Positions 13,941 to 28,252 are shown, numbered from the stretch's first letter. The stretch is DNA of 64,000 bases from Neocallimastix sp. 'constans' (GCA_050613775.1 JBODTK010000012.1:806001-870000), one strand, 5' to 3'. Numbers and translations: made by a program. The notes: a model not told the origin generated them from the letters alone.

Positions 13941-14143
13941 ATATATATATATATATGTAAGATTTTGGATAAAAAATTTTTTTACTGTGAAATATTCCAA
14001 TTTTTTTTAACATATTCATTAAGAGAACATCCTTGCTTTTTATATTCTTTTGCATTTAATGATTTTTGAATTTTTTTAATAAATGCTTTGAATTTTTTTT
14101 GTTTTGTAAGGTAAAAATTGAAGGAACTAAAAGGAAATAATTC

Positions 14144-14203
<60 letters not shown>

Positions 14204-14347
14204 TATATATAAATACAGTTCATTAAAAAATAAATATATATATATATATTTTTTATTAAATAATTTCTGATAATTATAATTATAATAACAATAACAATAA
14301 AAACATAAATATAAGAATCACTTATTTGTAGAAGTGTTATTTTGCAT
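12952..14347 (-). CDS. Five-exon gene, 268 aa; exons 14347-14322, 14126-13986, 13851-13847, 13740-13675, 13520-12952; putative HTH-like DNA-binding protein with Asn-rich tail
   Basis: All four introns are GT..AG and phases close (26+141+5+66+569 = 807 nt). Product: MQNNTSTNNSFNFYLTKQKKF...LNEYVKKNWNISQAQAYRYLISAKVIDQLEEFEIQPCYERLCRTMYNYAKTPEQMKLLW... Confidence 0.85.
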
Positions 14348-15263
14348 TATATCTTATTTAGAAATTTATTTTTAAATTCAAAAGGTTTTATATATATATA
14401 TATATATTCATATATAGATATAATAATGATTTTTCGAAAAGTGACTGATATATATATATATATATAAAGAATTCTTTTATTTATTAATGAGTAATTCTTA
14501 AATATATATAATAATAAGGTTTGTTAACATTAAACGAAACAATTAAATTTATAATAAACTTTTAAAATAATAATAATAATATTTTTAATAATTAATTATA
14601 TTATATAAAATACATATTATTATAATATTATGAAATTTTAAAGTTATGTTAAAATATTTTAATTATATTTTTATATAATTTGAAAAAAATTTTTTTTTCA
14701 TAAAGTTTTTTCTGAATATTAATAATTTAATTTCTTTATTATTAAAATAATGTTCGTTGAAAAAAGAAATTAAAGTTTTTAAATTATAGAAAATGCTATT
14801 TTTATTTATACCCAAGTTAAAAAAAAAATATAATAATAATTATTTTTATAACTGAATATTGAATTTACAAACAATCAAAACGACAATGACAGCAACGACA
14901 ACAACTACAAAAAAAAAAAAAAAAAAAAAAAACTAATAATAATATTTATTAAATAATTCTAATTAAATTAATAACGAATATTAAATTTGTAATTTTTTAT
15001 TATAAACTTAATATTGAAAAATATGTAATAATTTTATAATGATAGTTTATTTCTTAATTATATTTTATTTATGAGAGTAATTTTTATTCTAAATATATAT
15101 ATATGTATTTTTTATTCTCTCTTAATTCTTTTTTAAAATTCCAAAGAGAAAAATAAAATTTTAGTGTTAAAATTTAAATTATATTTTCTCATATTTAAAA
15201 AAATGAAAATTAAATTTTATATATTTTAAATTTTAAAATTATATGTTATATTTGGGTAAAAAT

Positions 15264-15311
<48 letters not shown>

Positions 15312-15359
15312 ACTGGAAAGATATTTATATTTATCATTTTATTATTAAAAGAATATTTA

Positions 15360-15425
<66 letters not shown>

Positions 15426-15469
15426 AATTTAACAATTTTTTAATTTTATTTTAATAATAATAATAATTA

Positions 15470-15745
<276 letters not shown>

Positions 15746-16246
15746 AATAATTTAAAAAAAAAAAAAAAAACATTTATTTTTCAGATTAAAAAATTAATAG
15801 TTATTATATTTATTTTTATTAAGAAATATAAGATTTCTTATATTAAACATTTCAGTATTATAAATATTTTATTATTTAAACAAATATTATGTAAATAATA
15901 TAAAATTAAAATTATATGCAATATTTTTTATTTGAGTCTTTTTATTAATAAATATAAAAAATAATAATTAATTAATAAATGAATAAATATATAATAATAT
16001 TATAATTATTGTGTATGTACACCACACTCTGTGTGACTTCTTATCAATTTTAATAATATCTATTATAAGGTATTTATTTAGTTATTAATTATTTATACAT
16101 TTATTTATTAATTAATATAAGTCGTAAATTTTTTGTCTCGATAATAAACTGTGTAATTGTTTCACATGAATATAGAAACTAATATGCGCAAGATAAATCT
16201 AATGATTTACATTTTATTATGTATTAACATAAATAATGTTAATTTA

Positions 16247-17257
16247 GGGAGTGTTGCATTTTGACATAATTTATGTTTGATCATTTATTCATGTGTATTA
16301 CAATGTAGCTTGTAAAAATAAATGAATAGGATAGGGTTAAATTTATTTATTTATTTATTTTTTATTTTTATTTTTATTTTTTTTATAATTTAATTTTATT
16401 AACATTTAAAGTAAAAAAATAAATAATAAAGTAAAATAAAAAGAAAAAAGAAAAAAGTAAAATATAAGATAAAAAAAATAGATTAAAACAAAAAAAAAAA
16501 AAATTAAAAAATAAAAAATAAAACTTTTAATTTAAAATATTTATAAAAATGGATGGTCAATTAGAAATAAGTAAAACTAATAAAGAAAAATACCAAATCA
16601 TTGTAAACAAAAAATATATATTTAATTTATGGTAAATAACGAATAATACAAAAGTATTCAAATGTACTGAGTATAAAACAGTTAAAAAATGTAAATCTTA
16701 ACATTATTCTAAATAATAATAATAAATTATGTTATAATGAAGTTGAAAATAATCATAAAATTTATTTGTTTTATAAAGCTATTACAAATTTTCCTTTTAT
16801 AAATCCTGAATATATATTTGATATTTATAATTATATTAAAATTATATGTCAAATATATAATTATTTCCATTTTTTAAATTTTTGGAATATTTTAATAAGA
16901 CTTATTTATATAAATATGATATTCAATATTGGAATTGTTATAACGATATAAACCACATATCAAATAATGCTTCAGAATCTTTTAACAATTACTTAAAAAA
17001 ATTGTTTTACAAAAAACCTTCTTTCTATGAATTAATTTATCATTTAAAAAGGGAAGAATCTTTATCTTACAACAAATACAAAAGGAAAATTGAAGGAGTT
17101 TGGAGAAAAAAAGAAGAATATTAAAAAAACAAATGAAATCAATGATTTAATTGAAAAATACAAAAAAAAGGAATCCGAATTAATTGATGAAAAATGTGAT
17201 AAAAATGATATCATTGATTTATGGTATAAATGTTTATTAGAGTTAAACAAGCTCTAA
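16247..17257 (+). mobile_element. Internally deleted Mutator-like (MULE) transposase remnant with left TIR
   Basis: GGGAGTGTTGCATTTTG at 16247 resembles the TIRs at 35389 and 37766. ATG at 16549 gives MDGQLEISKTNKEKYQIIVNKKY..KCTEYKTVKKC, joined directly to NFPFINPEY and NNASESFNN. Right TIR not found. Confidence 0.85.
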
Positions 17258-17670
17258 ATTTATAAATAATAATTAACTAGAATATATATAGTTTAAATTA
17301 TATTAATATCAATATCAATATATTTTATTAATATCAATATCAATATATTTTGTTAATATCAATATTTAAATTTTATTAATAATAAATATTTAATATTATA
17401 ATAATTTTATTTTATTATTTAATTAATTTAATAATAAAATATAAAATTTTATTTTTTTTATTTAAATAAAATAAAATGGAAAGGTTTTATTATTAAAATA
17501 TTTAATAATTAAATGTAATAATAAAATAAAATGAAAATAAATAAAAATAAAATAAAATTCTTAACAGAAAACTTATTTATTCTTTTATTCATTATTTGTT
17601 TAGTTTTAAATCTAAATTATTAAGTTTTCTTTTTTATATTATTTAATTATTAATTAAATATAAATTATTA

Positions 17671-17723
<53 letters not shown>

Positions 17724-18589
17724 TTTATTTTATTTTATTTTATTTAATCTGTACTTTATATTTATATTTCAACTATTTATTTTATTTTATTTATTAATTA
17801 TTATTTATTTAATTATTTAATTATTCTCATATCCTAAAAAAATATTTAATTAAATTAAGTTTTTGATTTTGAAGAAAATAAATTAAAATTAAAATTAATA
17901 AAAAAAAAAAAAAAAAAAAAAATAAAAATAAAATAAAAATAAAAATATAAAAGGTTAATAAATTCATAAAAGATGGAGTTGTTAAAGTATTAAATAATAT
18001 AAAAAAGCTAAGAATTTTTTTTTTTTAAGAAAATAAAATCTTCAATATATTTATTGAATTTTAAAAACTAAAACTATTAGTTATATTATGATTAGTCAAA
18101 TAATCTTTATTCAAATTGATGAGTATTAAATTCACAACCAATATAAGAGTGCTTGAATGAATCATATTTAGATTTAATTCTTATTATTTGTTATTTTCAA
18201 TGTTTTAAATAAATAATAAATGAATATAAATATAAATAAATCTATTAATATAAATAAATATATAAATATAATATAATAAACATATTTAAAAAAAAATACT
18301 TTAATAATACTTTAATAAATTTAATAAATTAATCTCAGCAATACTTCACCAAACCAGGTTTATTTCAAAAAATAATTATACTTGATTTATACATATAAAA
18401 CTATCTAACAACGTTCTCACATGTTTTGCTATTTTCAGAGAAATGTTTTATTTTTATGTTATTTAATTATAATTAACTATTTTAATTAGTTGTTCTTGTG
18501 ATTAAAATTAATTATTTAATGAGTTTTTATATTTAGTATTATAAGTATTAATAATTATTATTTAAGAAAATTTTTAATAAGTATATAAA

Positions 18590-18735
18590 GATAAATATAA
18601 ATTAATAAGTATATAAAGATAAATATAAAGTATATAAAGATTAATATAAAGTATATAAATATAAATATAAATTAATAAGTATATAAAGATAAATATAAAT
18701 TAATAAGTATATAAAGATAAATATAAATTAATAAG
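18590..18735. repeat. Minisatellite of about 28 bp (ataaatataaattaataagtatataaag)
   Basis: Several full and partial tandem units. Confidence 0.8.
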
Positions 18736-19520
18736 AATAAAATTTATTATTTCTTATTTTATTAATTATAAGTATAATTAGTATATAGAAATCAAGTTTA
18801 ACATTATAAAATCATTCAATTTAAATTTGATTTATGATATTAATTTATGTTTGAATTATAAAAATTATTTTATATTAATTAAAGTTTGAATTAAATTAAT
18901 TCCAATAGCATTTCCTCGAATCAAGGTTATATCAGTGTTAAATATTAAATATTAAATATTAAATATTAATAAAAAGTAAAAATGTGGATGTTATATAAAA
19001 TATGATAAAAAAGTCTAGACCATTTTAAAAATAAAATTAAAATTTTAAAAAAAAAAAACTTGAAACATTTTACCTTTATATTACACAATAATTAACTTTT
19101 ATTTTATTTATTTATTTTTTTTTAATCTATATAAAGTAAAACATATAATAAATCTTTTATATTATTATTTATATATATTTATTTATATATATTAAACATT
19201 AAAAGCCTCTTCAATAAAATTTTTATTTAATAACAAAAAGGAAATTTATTTAAGATAGTACAAAAAATATTATTTATTTATTTATTTATATATATTAAAC
19301 ATTAAAAGCCTTTTGATATGAAATGAAAATAAAAACTTTAATTATTAATAAATTATTTTATTAATAATTACATAAAAATAAATTAATAAGCATTAATTAA
19401 TCACCTGATTAATTATCATATGATTTAAAAATAATCTAAAAATAACGTGATATAAGATAAATTTATGTAACATCATAAATTCTATAAAATACATAAAATT
19501 AATGTAAACATAAAATTTTT

Positions 19521-20467
19521 GGGGGAGCATTTCAAAAAATTTCATTTCTGAAAGTTTCATTTCGGAAAATTTACATAAAAAATTTCATTTCTGAAAAGTT
19601 TCATTTCGCAAAATTTTTTTAAAAGTTAATAAATAAATAAATAAATAATAAAATAAATAATATATATAATTTAAATAAATAACTAAAATAAATAAAAATA
19701 AATAAATAAAATTATAATAAATAAATAAATAAATTTAAAATTAAATTTTTAAAAAAAAGAAATATATACATATATATAATAAATATACATTATATAATAA
19801 TAAATATTCATTTGAATTAAAGCTTTAAAAAAATAAAATATTTTATCATACGTTTTAAACGTTTTATAATTTTTTAAAATATATATAAGAATTTTATATA
19901 TATATAAAAAATAAGTATTAATAATTTAAAAGATGTAAAGGATAATAATTTAAAATATAATTATTAAAAAATTAAAAAATTATTATTAAAAAGATTAAAA
20001 AATAATATTTAAATAATTTAATTGAACATTTTTACACCTTTTAAATCCTTACGTAGTATTTTAAAAAAATCTTAAATTACTAATAAATTTTTTTAATAAA
20101 AGAAATATTTATAAATAATCAAGTAAAAAAAAAAAAAAAAAAAGGTAAGGACTTCTTAAAAAAAGAGAGTTAAAAGTAGCACAAAGTTAGGATGATTTTA
20201 GGTGTTATATATTTTTTTTATTTTTTTATTTTTTTTTATTTTTTATTTTTTATTTCATATTTTATATTTTATATTTTATATTTTTTATTTTTTATTTTTT
20301 ATTTTATGTTTTATATTTTATATTTTATATTTTATATTTTATATTTTATATATTTTTTTTATTTATACTATTTTATATTTTTTATTTTTTAATTAATTAT
20401 TTTTTTTATTTATTTATCTATTTATTAAAATTTTACGAAATGAAATTTTGCGAAATGACACACACTC
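19521..20467. mobile_element. Non-autonomous MULE-type MITE
   Basis: Left GGGGGAGCATTTCAAAAAATTTCATTTC; right end reverse-complemented GAGTGTGTGTCATTTCGCAAAATTTCATTTCG; reiterated TTTCATTTC subterminal motif; flanks AAAATTTTT (19512-19520) and AAAATTTAT (20468-20476); no coding capacity. Confidence 0.8.
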
Positions 20468-20999
20468 AAAATTTATAACATAAATTTTATGTTATGTAAA
20501 GTAAATATGTAAATAACTTTATTAATTTATAAATAATTTACATATTTACTTTACATAAGTTTTATTTGATTTCATTTTAATTTTTTATTATATTTTTATT
20601 ATATATTATAAATATTATAAATATAAATATTTTATTATTTATATTATACTTTTTTATATATTTAACTAAATAATTAATTTTTATTATTTTAAAATAGTTT
20701 ATAGTTAAGGAAAATTATAAAAAGAATACTTTTTATTTATGTTAATTCTTTGCAATTCAAATTAGTTAAAAAAATATAATATTAAATTATATACTTTTAT
20801 TAATAAAAATTAGTTCAGTAATATTAAAGAATGAATTTATAAAATTTAGTATTTAATTAAATAAATTTAAGTTATAAAATAAATAAATAAATAAATAATT
20901 TTTAATAAATGAATAAATAAAATTATATTTATATTAATAAATTACATAAATAAATATAATTTCTCCCAGTAAGATACTAAACCAGGCATACTTTATCAC

Positions 21000-21530
21000 T
21001 TTTCAATAAAATTTTTATTAATAAAAAAAAAAAGAAATTTATTTAAGATAGTACAAAAAATAAAGTTCAATATTGTTTTTATTAATATAAAAAGGAAATT
21101 TGTTTAAGGAAGTACAAAAAAGGTAATTTATTGAAAAAAGTACAAAAATAAAGTTATGATGTATAATATTAAATCATAATTACTTTTCTGTAAACCTTAA
21201 TTATTAATATAATAAAATTTTAAATAATAAATCGTGAAAATAATTTATTGAAAAAAGTACATAAATAAATAATAAATCGTGAAAAGAATTTATTGAAAAA
21301 AGTACATGAATAAATAATAAATCGTGAAAATAATTTATTGAAAAAAGTACATAAATAAAGTTATGATGTATAATATTAAATCATAATTGCTTTCCTATAA
21401 ACCTTAATTATTAATAAAATAAAACCTTTAAAAATAAATCGTGAAAATAACATGATAAAATGAAACGTGATATAAATAACGTGAAGATATAGCGTGATGA
21501 TATAAATTTATGAAAAACATAAATTTATTT
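21000..21530. repeat. Composite AT-rich repeat: 45-bp units (taaatcgtgaaaataatttattgaaaaaagtaca...) and a duplication of about 207-bp period; related to 19200-19500
   Basis: gaaatttatttaagatagtacaaaaaata near 19242 and 21034; aaagttatgatgtataatattaaatcataatt near 21151 and 21357. Confidence 0.8.
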
Positions 21531-24036
21531 TAGATAATTATAAGATAAAAATTATTTATAAATTGAAAAAATTTTTATTTTAATTGTATATTTCAATATT
21601 TAAAGTGAACTTATATTTTATAAAATCTTATCTTATATTTTTATACTTTTTTATACTAAAATGTTAAATATTAAATAGTTGAATTGATGTCATTATAATA
21701 CTTTAAAAAATTAATTTAAAATGAATTAAATATATAAAGATAAGTATATTTCATTATCATTATTCCTTTTTATTTTTAGTTTAACATTAAACTTACATAT
21801 TTATAAAATATTTCCCAATGTACTGAATTAAATTATAAGTTTATTTAATATTGATCACGTGATATTTATATTATAAACAGTATAAGTTTTTAGCATATAT
21901 ATAACATAAAACATTTTTATATATATAAAATCTGGACAATTTATTAAAAATATATTAAGATATGCATAGTTTTAATAAATATATTTATAAAATATTTCCC
22001 AATGTACTGAATTAAATCATAACAAAATAATAAAAAAAAAAAATTATAATAGAAAAATAGTACTTTTCTAAAATTATAAGAACTAAATTTAATATATATA
22101 CAAATATCATCTATATATCGAATATAAAAATATATATATTATATTCTACTTTGATATAATTTTTTTTTTATATATTAAAGAAAAAAACAAAAACATAATA
22201 GAAACAAAAAACAGAAAACAAAAGACAAATACAAAAATTTAAAACTTAATAACAATATGGAAAAGTGTAAAAAATATATAATTTAAATTGTTAAAAAAAT
22301 ACTTTAATTATTATTATTTACTAAATACAATAATAATCATTATATTTAGATTCTAATATAAAATGTAAAGTTTAGAATTTCCTATTGTAATTTAAATTTC
22401 CTTCATTCTGTATTATTTGTACTATTTCATTGCTATTTTGATCTACATAATTAATTATGTAATTCTATTGCTAAATACGTATTGATTCAATTCATTGTTA
22501 TATATATTACAATATATATATATTATGATATATTTTTACATAATGATAATGATAAATATAAACATATTAACTTTTATTTTAAAATATTCCTTGATAGTTT
22601 AATATAGTTTTAATTAATAATTAAGGTAAAAAATAACAAAAAAAAATGTAATATTGATCTTCTTATTTTCAGAATTTATTAATAATAATAATAAAATTAA
22701 AAAAAAAAAAAAAAAAAACATTTAATAATAGAAATAAAATTATCATAATCATAATCATATTGATATAGAATGAAACTTTAAATAATAATAAATTAAAATA
22801 AATATATTAAAGTTTTATAGATTATTAAGTATATTAATAAAAATAACTTGTAAAATATAAATATTTAGAAATGTTAAATACTTGAAATTACTTATACTTA
22901 GATAATCAGTATAAATATGAATATAAAATATTTATTTAATAAAATGTTACTAATAGTCCAGTAAAATTAGATAATATCAAAAAGAATGCTCAAAGGTTCC
23001 TAATTAGCCTGTAAAATTAGGAAGTTATTAGAGGTTTACTAATTATCTTTAAGAATTAGTTTTACAAAGTTTTACAACAAAGAATTAAAAACGTAAAAGG
23101 TTATAAAATAAATTTATTTCTAGAGAATGAATTTAATTATTTTCTTTTAAATAATTTTATTTAGAATATCAAATATAGATGGGAAACATTATAAATACTA
23201 TCTTTTATCAATATATTTATTCAAACTATGATAATTATTAAAAAAAAAAAAAAAAAAAGCATTGTTTATTTTATATAAATGAATTTTTTATAATAATCCA
23301 TGCTTATTGTTATGCTAACACAATAAATGAATTTTTAATTAGCCATGTTTTAAGTTTAATTATAGTAATAATAAGTTATTACATGTGTAACATATTAATA
23401 ATTTAATAAGCTTTTTAAAAATAAATCGTTTTTAATTAATCAATAAAAATAAAATAAAATAAAATAAAAATAAAACATTTTTTTTTAAATAATTTAATAA
23501 TCTTTTTATAGTAAATCATTTTTAATTAATAAATAAATAAAAAAATAAAATATTTTAATAAATAAATAAAAAAATAAACTATTTAAATTAATAAATAGTA
23601 AAAAAAAAAAAAAAAAAAAATAAAAATAATTTATTTTATTTTAGTTATTACAATTAATTAATTATTTTTTTTTTTAATTTTATTTTTAAATTATTTATTA
23701 ATTATAAATAGAATAGATTACATATGTATATGGGTAACATAAATAATAAAACATATATACAAAAAAAAAAATTAGTTTTAAAACTGAGTTAAATTTCTAT
23801 ATTTATATTATTTATTTATTTATTTATTTATTTTTTTTTATTGAAATTGAGTCTTTTATAATATTATTAAAATTTAAATAATTAATTTAATTTTTCTATA
23901 AAGAATTTTTTTTTTCTATTACTATTGAGGTATACTAATATTATAATTAAAATGAGTATTAATAAATATCTTTAAATAGTAATAACTATTATATTGAAAT
24001 TAATAAAAATATTTTAATTTATTACTATTATATCTC

Positions 24037-24094
<58 letters not shown>

Positions 24095-24288
24095 CTGCAT
24101 TTGCCTATCAATGAATAGTATTCAAATAATAGAAAATGTTTTTTTTTTTATTTTTATTACATATTTTCATAATATTTGAATGTATTATTATTATTATAAG
24201 TAATATTAATAATTTTTATCATTGAATCATGATGATTATCTGTAATACTTTTTCTCCATCGTTATCCCTTTTCTCCTCATGAAAATAA

Positions 24289-25353
24289 TTATTTAGAGAC
24301 ACTGAAATTATTTAGATTTTGTTTTTCTAATTCATCATAATTTAAGAACTTATGGTAAACCATATTATAATTATGAGAACTATTTTTATTGTACGTATAG
24401 CTATTTGAAATCTTCTTTTGTGGTTTATTGTCTTCAACGAAAAATCTAAGTAAAATTTGATCAATATACATGAACATATAGTTAAAAGTAAGAATACAAA
24501 CACGAATACCTTCAACATTAACTTCAGAACTATATACTTGTAACTTTTTTATTCTTTCGAAATCCTCTATTGGATATTCTTGATTTACCAAATATAATAT
24601 TTCTAGACAGAAACCAAAAATGAATGGAGCACCAATGATGGTTACTAATATTGACATATAAATACGATATTCAGATATTTGTTTAAATTTAATTAAAAAG
24701 GTATTTTCTTTGTTTTCATTGATGTTTAAATTCTTCATTTTATTGAAAACATTATTTTTTAAAACAATAATTACACTAATATCGTAGGCTAAACTAAATA
24801 TTTGTTGTAAGGCAACATCCACCCATTTACGAAATGTATGTTTTCCAATATTTAGGGTAACATAACTCTCTTGAATAGGATCTGTATCGGAATAGCCTTT
24901 AGGGAAAGGAACAAAGGATAAGAAAATGAATATTTGAGCTATTTTTACTAAATTATACCCTAAACATATATAGAAAACCCATCTTAATTTCTTTTTATTT
25001 CTAACAAGAACTTTCGATCTGATTAAAAAATACCAATCCCCAATAATTTCACCAGAATACCAAAATATACTGGCTACTCCAAAACCATATAAACTTCCCT
25101 TATTACTAAATGGGAAGATTTTATTTTTTTTTTCAAATAAACCAAAACTATTTAAGAACATATCACCAATACTTCTTAAAAGCCAGTGGAGTATCAATAA
25201 AAAATTAATTGGTCTCTTCCAATTATTCTGTGATACAATAAGAACCAAGCATGTCCATGCAAAATATTCATTTGTAATCAGTTTAACAATTAATTTTTGT
25301 ATGATATCCAATTTTTCAAAATGGCCCAGAGTTTCTTCTAGTATTAATTGCAT
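24289..25353 (-). CDS. Orphan seven-transmembrane (GPCR-like) protein, paralog A
   Basis: 354-aa intronless ORF with seven hydrophobic segments by eye; collinear with 28253-29452 (WTCLVL, NWKRPI, RSIGDM, ASIFW..EIIGDWY, ISEYRIY, FMYIDQ). Confidence 0.85.
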   Translation of the reverse strand: MQLILEETLGHFEKLDIIQKLIVKLITNEYFAWTCLVLIVSQNNWKRPINFLLILHWLLRSIGDMFLNSFGLFEKKNKIFPFSNKGSLYGFGVASIFWYSGEIIGDWYFLIRSKVLVRNKKKLRWVFYICLGYNLVKIAQIFIFLSFVPFPKGYSDTDPIQESYVTLNIGKHTFRKWVDVALQQIFSLAYDISVIIVLKNNVFNKMKNLNINENKENTFLIKFKQISEYRIYMSILVTIIGAPFIFGFCLEILYLVNQEYPIEDFERIKKLQVYSSEVNVEGIRVCILTFNYMFMYIDQILLRFFVEDNKPQKKISNSYTYNKNSSHNYNMVYHKFLNYDELEKQNLNNFSVSK

Positions 25354-25413
25354 CTTATTTCTATTTTAATGTAATTTTATTTTTATTCGTATTTTATTTT
25401 TATTCGTATTTTA

Positions 25414-25444
<31 letters not shown>

Positions 25445-25612
25445 TTATTTTATTTTTATTTTATTTTATTTTATTTTTATTTTTATTTATATTTTATTTG
25501 TATTTCATTTATATTTTATTTGTATTTTATTTATATTGTATTTGTATTTTATTTTTATTGTATTTGTATTTTATTTTTATTTTATTTGAATGTTTTTTAG
25601 TTACTGATACTT

Positions 25613-25649
<37 letters not shown>

Positions 25650-26876
25650 CAACTTATTTAGTTTTGTTTTATTGTATTATTTTATATTACAATATTTAAA
25701 CAGCTTTATACCTTCTAATAACAAATATATTTTATTTAAGTAATGCCCTTTTAAAAATGAAATTTAAATTATTATTATTTTTATTTATTGTTTCTTTATA
25801 ATTTGAATGTTAAAAAAATAAAAAATAAAAAAATTAATAAAATATTAAAAAAAAATATACATAAAAAATAAAAAATAAAAAATAAAAAACATAAATAAAA
25901 AATTAAAGAAAAGAAAACATAAACATAAAAAAAATTACTTTATTATATATATAATAAACATTATATAAATTAATAATAAAAATGTTCTTATTTTTTTTTT
26001 TTTTTTTATAATAAATTAAATTAAATAATTTGAAAATTTTTTTTTTTTGCAATTTATTTTAATTTTCTAAAATAAAAATTAAGGTAATACCAAATTTATT
26101 CACAATGGTTTTAAGTATAAATAAAAATAAAAAAAAAAAAAAAAAAAAGATTAATTAAAACTTTATTTATTATAAAATAAATCAAAAAATCAAAAATTGG
26201 AAATTGAAAAGATTTCATTGGTTTTTAGACTTTTGAAAGTATTTTATGATAATAAATTCAATTTTTATTATTTTATTGAATATTGAATACAATATTGTAT
26301 GCAAAATATTGAATAGAGAATGTTAAGAATATTGAATATTAGTTAATTATGTAAATATATCAAATATATTAATTAATATAATATTGAAATATATTGAATA
26401 CACTGGAATATATTGAATATTATATTGAAATACATTAATCGTTTTTTATTATTTATAACAATAAATAACCAAAAAAAAAAAAAAATAAAAAAAAATAAAA
26501 AAAAATAAAAATAAAAAAGACGATTGTTTAACATTATTAATTTATTTTTATTAAAATATACTTATATAATAAAAATAAAGATACATTAATGCTATATTCA
26601 TTAGATATTAAAAATATTATTATTTATATTATTATAATTATTAAAGATATATAAATATTATTATTATTAATTTTATATTATTATGGTTATGACTAAAGAT
26701 TTATACTATAATTATTACTATTAAAGATAAATATATATTAAAATCATTATTATTAAAGATATTAAAGCAATATTTATTTAAATTAAACTATCAATTCAAT
26801 ACTATATTTGGATGCCTTAAATATGCTAGTTTGAGTATAAATCATGTTTGTTTTAGCAGTTGTATTTACTATTGGT

Positions 26877-26912
26877 TTTGTACTAGTATATACCTATATA
26901 TACTAGTACAAA
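26877..26912. repeat. Perfect 16-bp inverted repeat with 4-nt spacer
   Basis: TTTGTACTAGTATATA-ccta-TATATACTAGTACAAA. Confidence 0.95.
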
Positions 26913-28252
26913 TATACCTATATAAAAAATCACTATCTTTTTTTTTATTTTTATTTAGAAATAAAAATAAAAAAAAAAAACAATGAAGTAATTGTAAGAG
27001 AGATTTCAGGTAAAAATAAATTTTCTATAAAAAAAAACCATTTAAAGTATAATAAGAAGTATTATTTATAATATATATATAGACTTTTTTTTTTTTTTTT
27101 TTTTTTTAAAAAAAAAGGTAATTCATTTTTTTAATTATTATGAATGATTATGAATATAATTCAAACTTACGTTATTATAAATATAATTTTAAATATTTAT
27201 TTAATATAGTTTTACACTATATATTTAAAAACAAATATAATATTTTATTATGGGTTTTATTTTATTTTATTATATTCAACCTCTACTTTACATATATATT
27301 TTAACTATTTATTTTTTATTTTATTCAATCTGTATTTTTCATTTATTTTATACTATTTATTTTATTTTATTTTATTATTTTATTTTATTTTATTATTTTA
27401 TTTTATTTTATTCTATTTTATTTTAATTTATTATTTTAATATTTTATTTTATTTTATTATTTTATTTTATTTTATTTTATTTTATTATTTTAATATTTTA
27501 TTTTATTTTATTTTATTTTATTATTTTATTTTATTATTTTATTTTATTTTATTTTATTATTTTATTTTATTTTATTATTTTATTTTATTTTATTTTATTT
27601 TAATTTATTATTTTAATTTAATATTTTATTTTATTATACTATTTAATTACTTTATTTTATGTATACCTTTTTTTTTTTTAATTTAAATATTCTTTTTTTT
27701 TTTTTTTTTTTGTTTTTTTTTTATTTTTTTTTATTTTTTTAAATAGATTTATTATATAATTATAGAGTATTTGAAAATATAAAACATACTCATAAAGATT
27801 ATACATTTATATTTATATTTAAAACAAATATAATATCTATTTTATTTTATTATTATTCTATTCTATTCTATTCTATTTTATTTTAATTTATTCTATATTA
27901 CATATTATTTTTTTTAATTTATCACAAAATAAATCAATTATATATTAGTATTCGATAGAAAATACTAAAATACTTTTTTTTTTATTTTATTTTGTTTAAT
28001 AAAACAATTAAATTTTTATTTAGATTATTTCTATTGTAGAATAATCAATAATTTATACAGTAACTGTAGTAATAATAATATTATATAATATACTATATAA
28101 TAACTACATTTTTATTTATTTACTATTATCTTATTTCATTTTCCCTAATTTATGTAATATTTGTCAATGTAAAAATGATTTAATATTATGTTTAGATTGT
28201 ATATAATGTTAATTTTGAATGTTAATTTTGAATATTTACATGTTATGTTTAT

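Noticed and set aside
13852..14055. 67-aa ORF MQKNIKSK...
   Set aside because: Wrong frame of exon 2 of the spliced gene, running into intronic homopolymer.
15239..15443. Poly-K/poly-F short ORFs (also 20192-20396, 25498-25743, 40319-40564, 46157-46731, 47541-49037, 52565-53717, 56076-56333)
   Set aside because: Translations of homopolymers and AT microsatellites with no protein-like signal.
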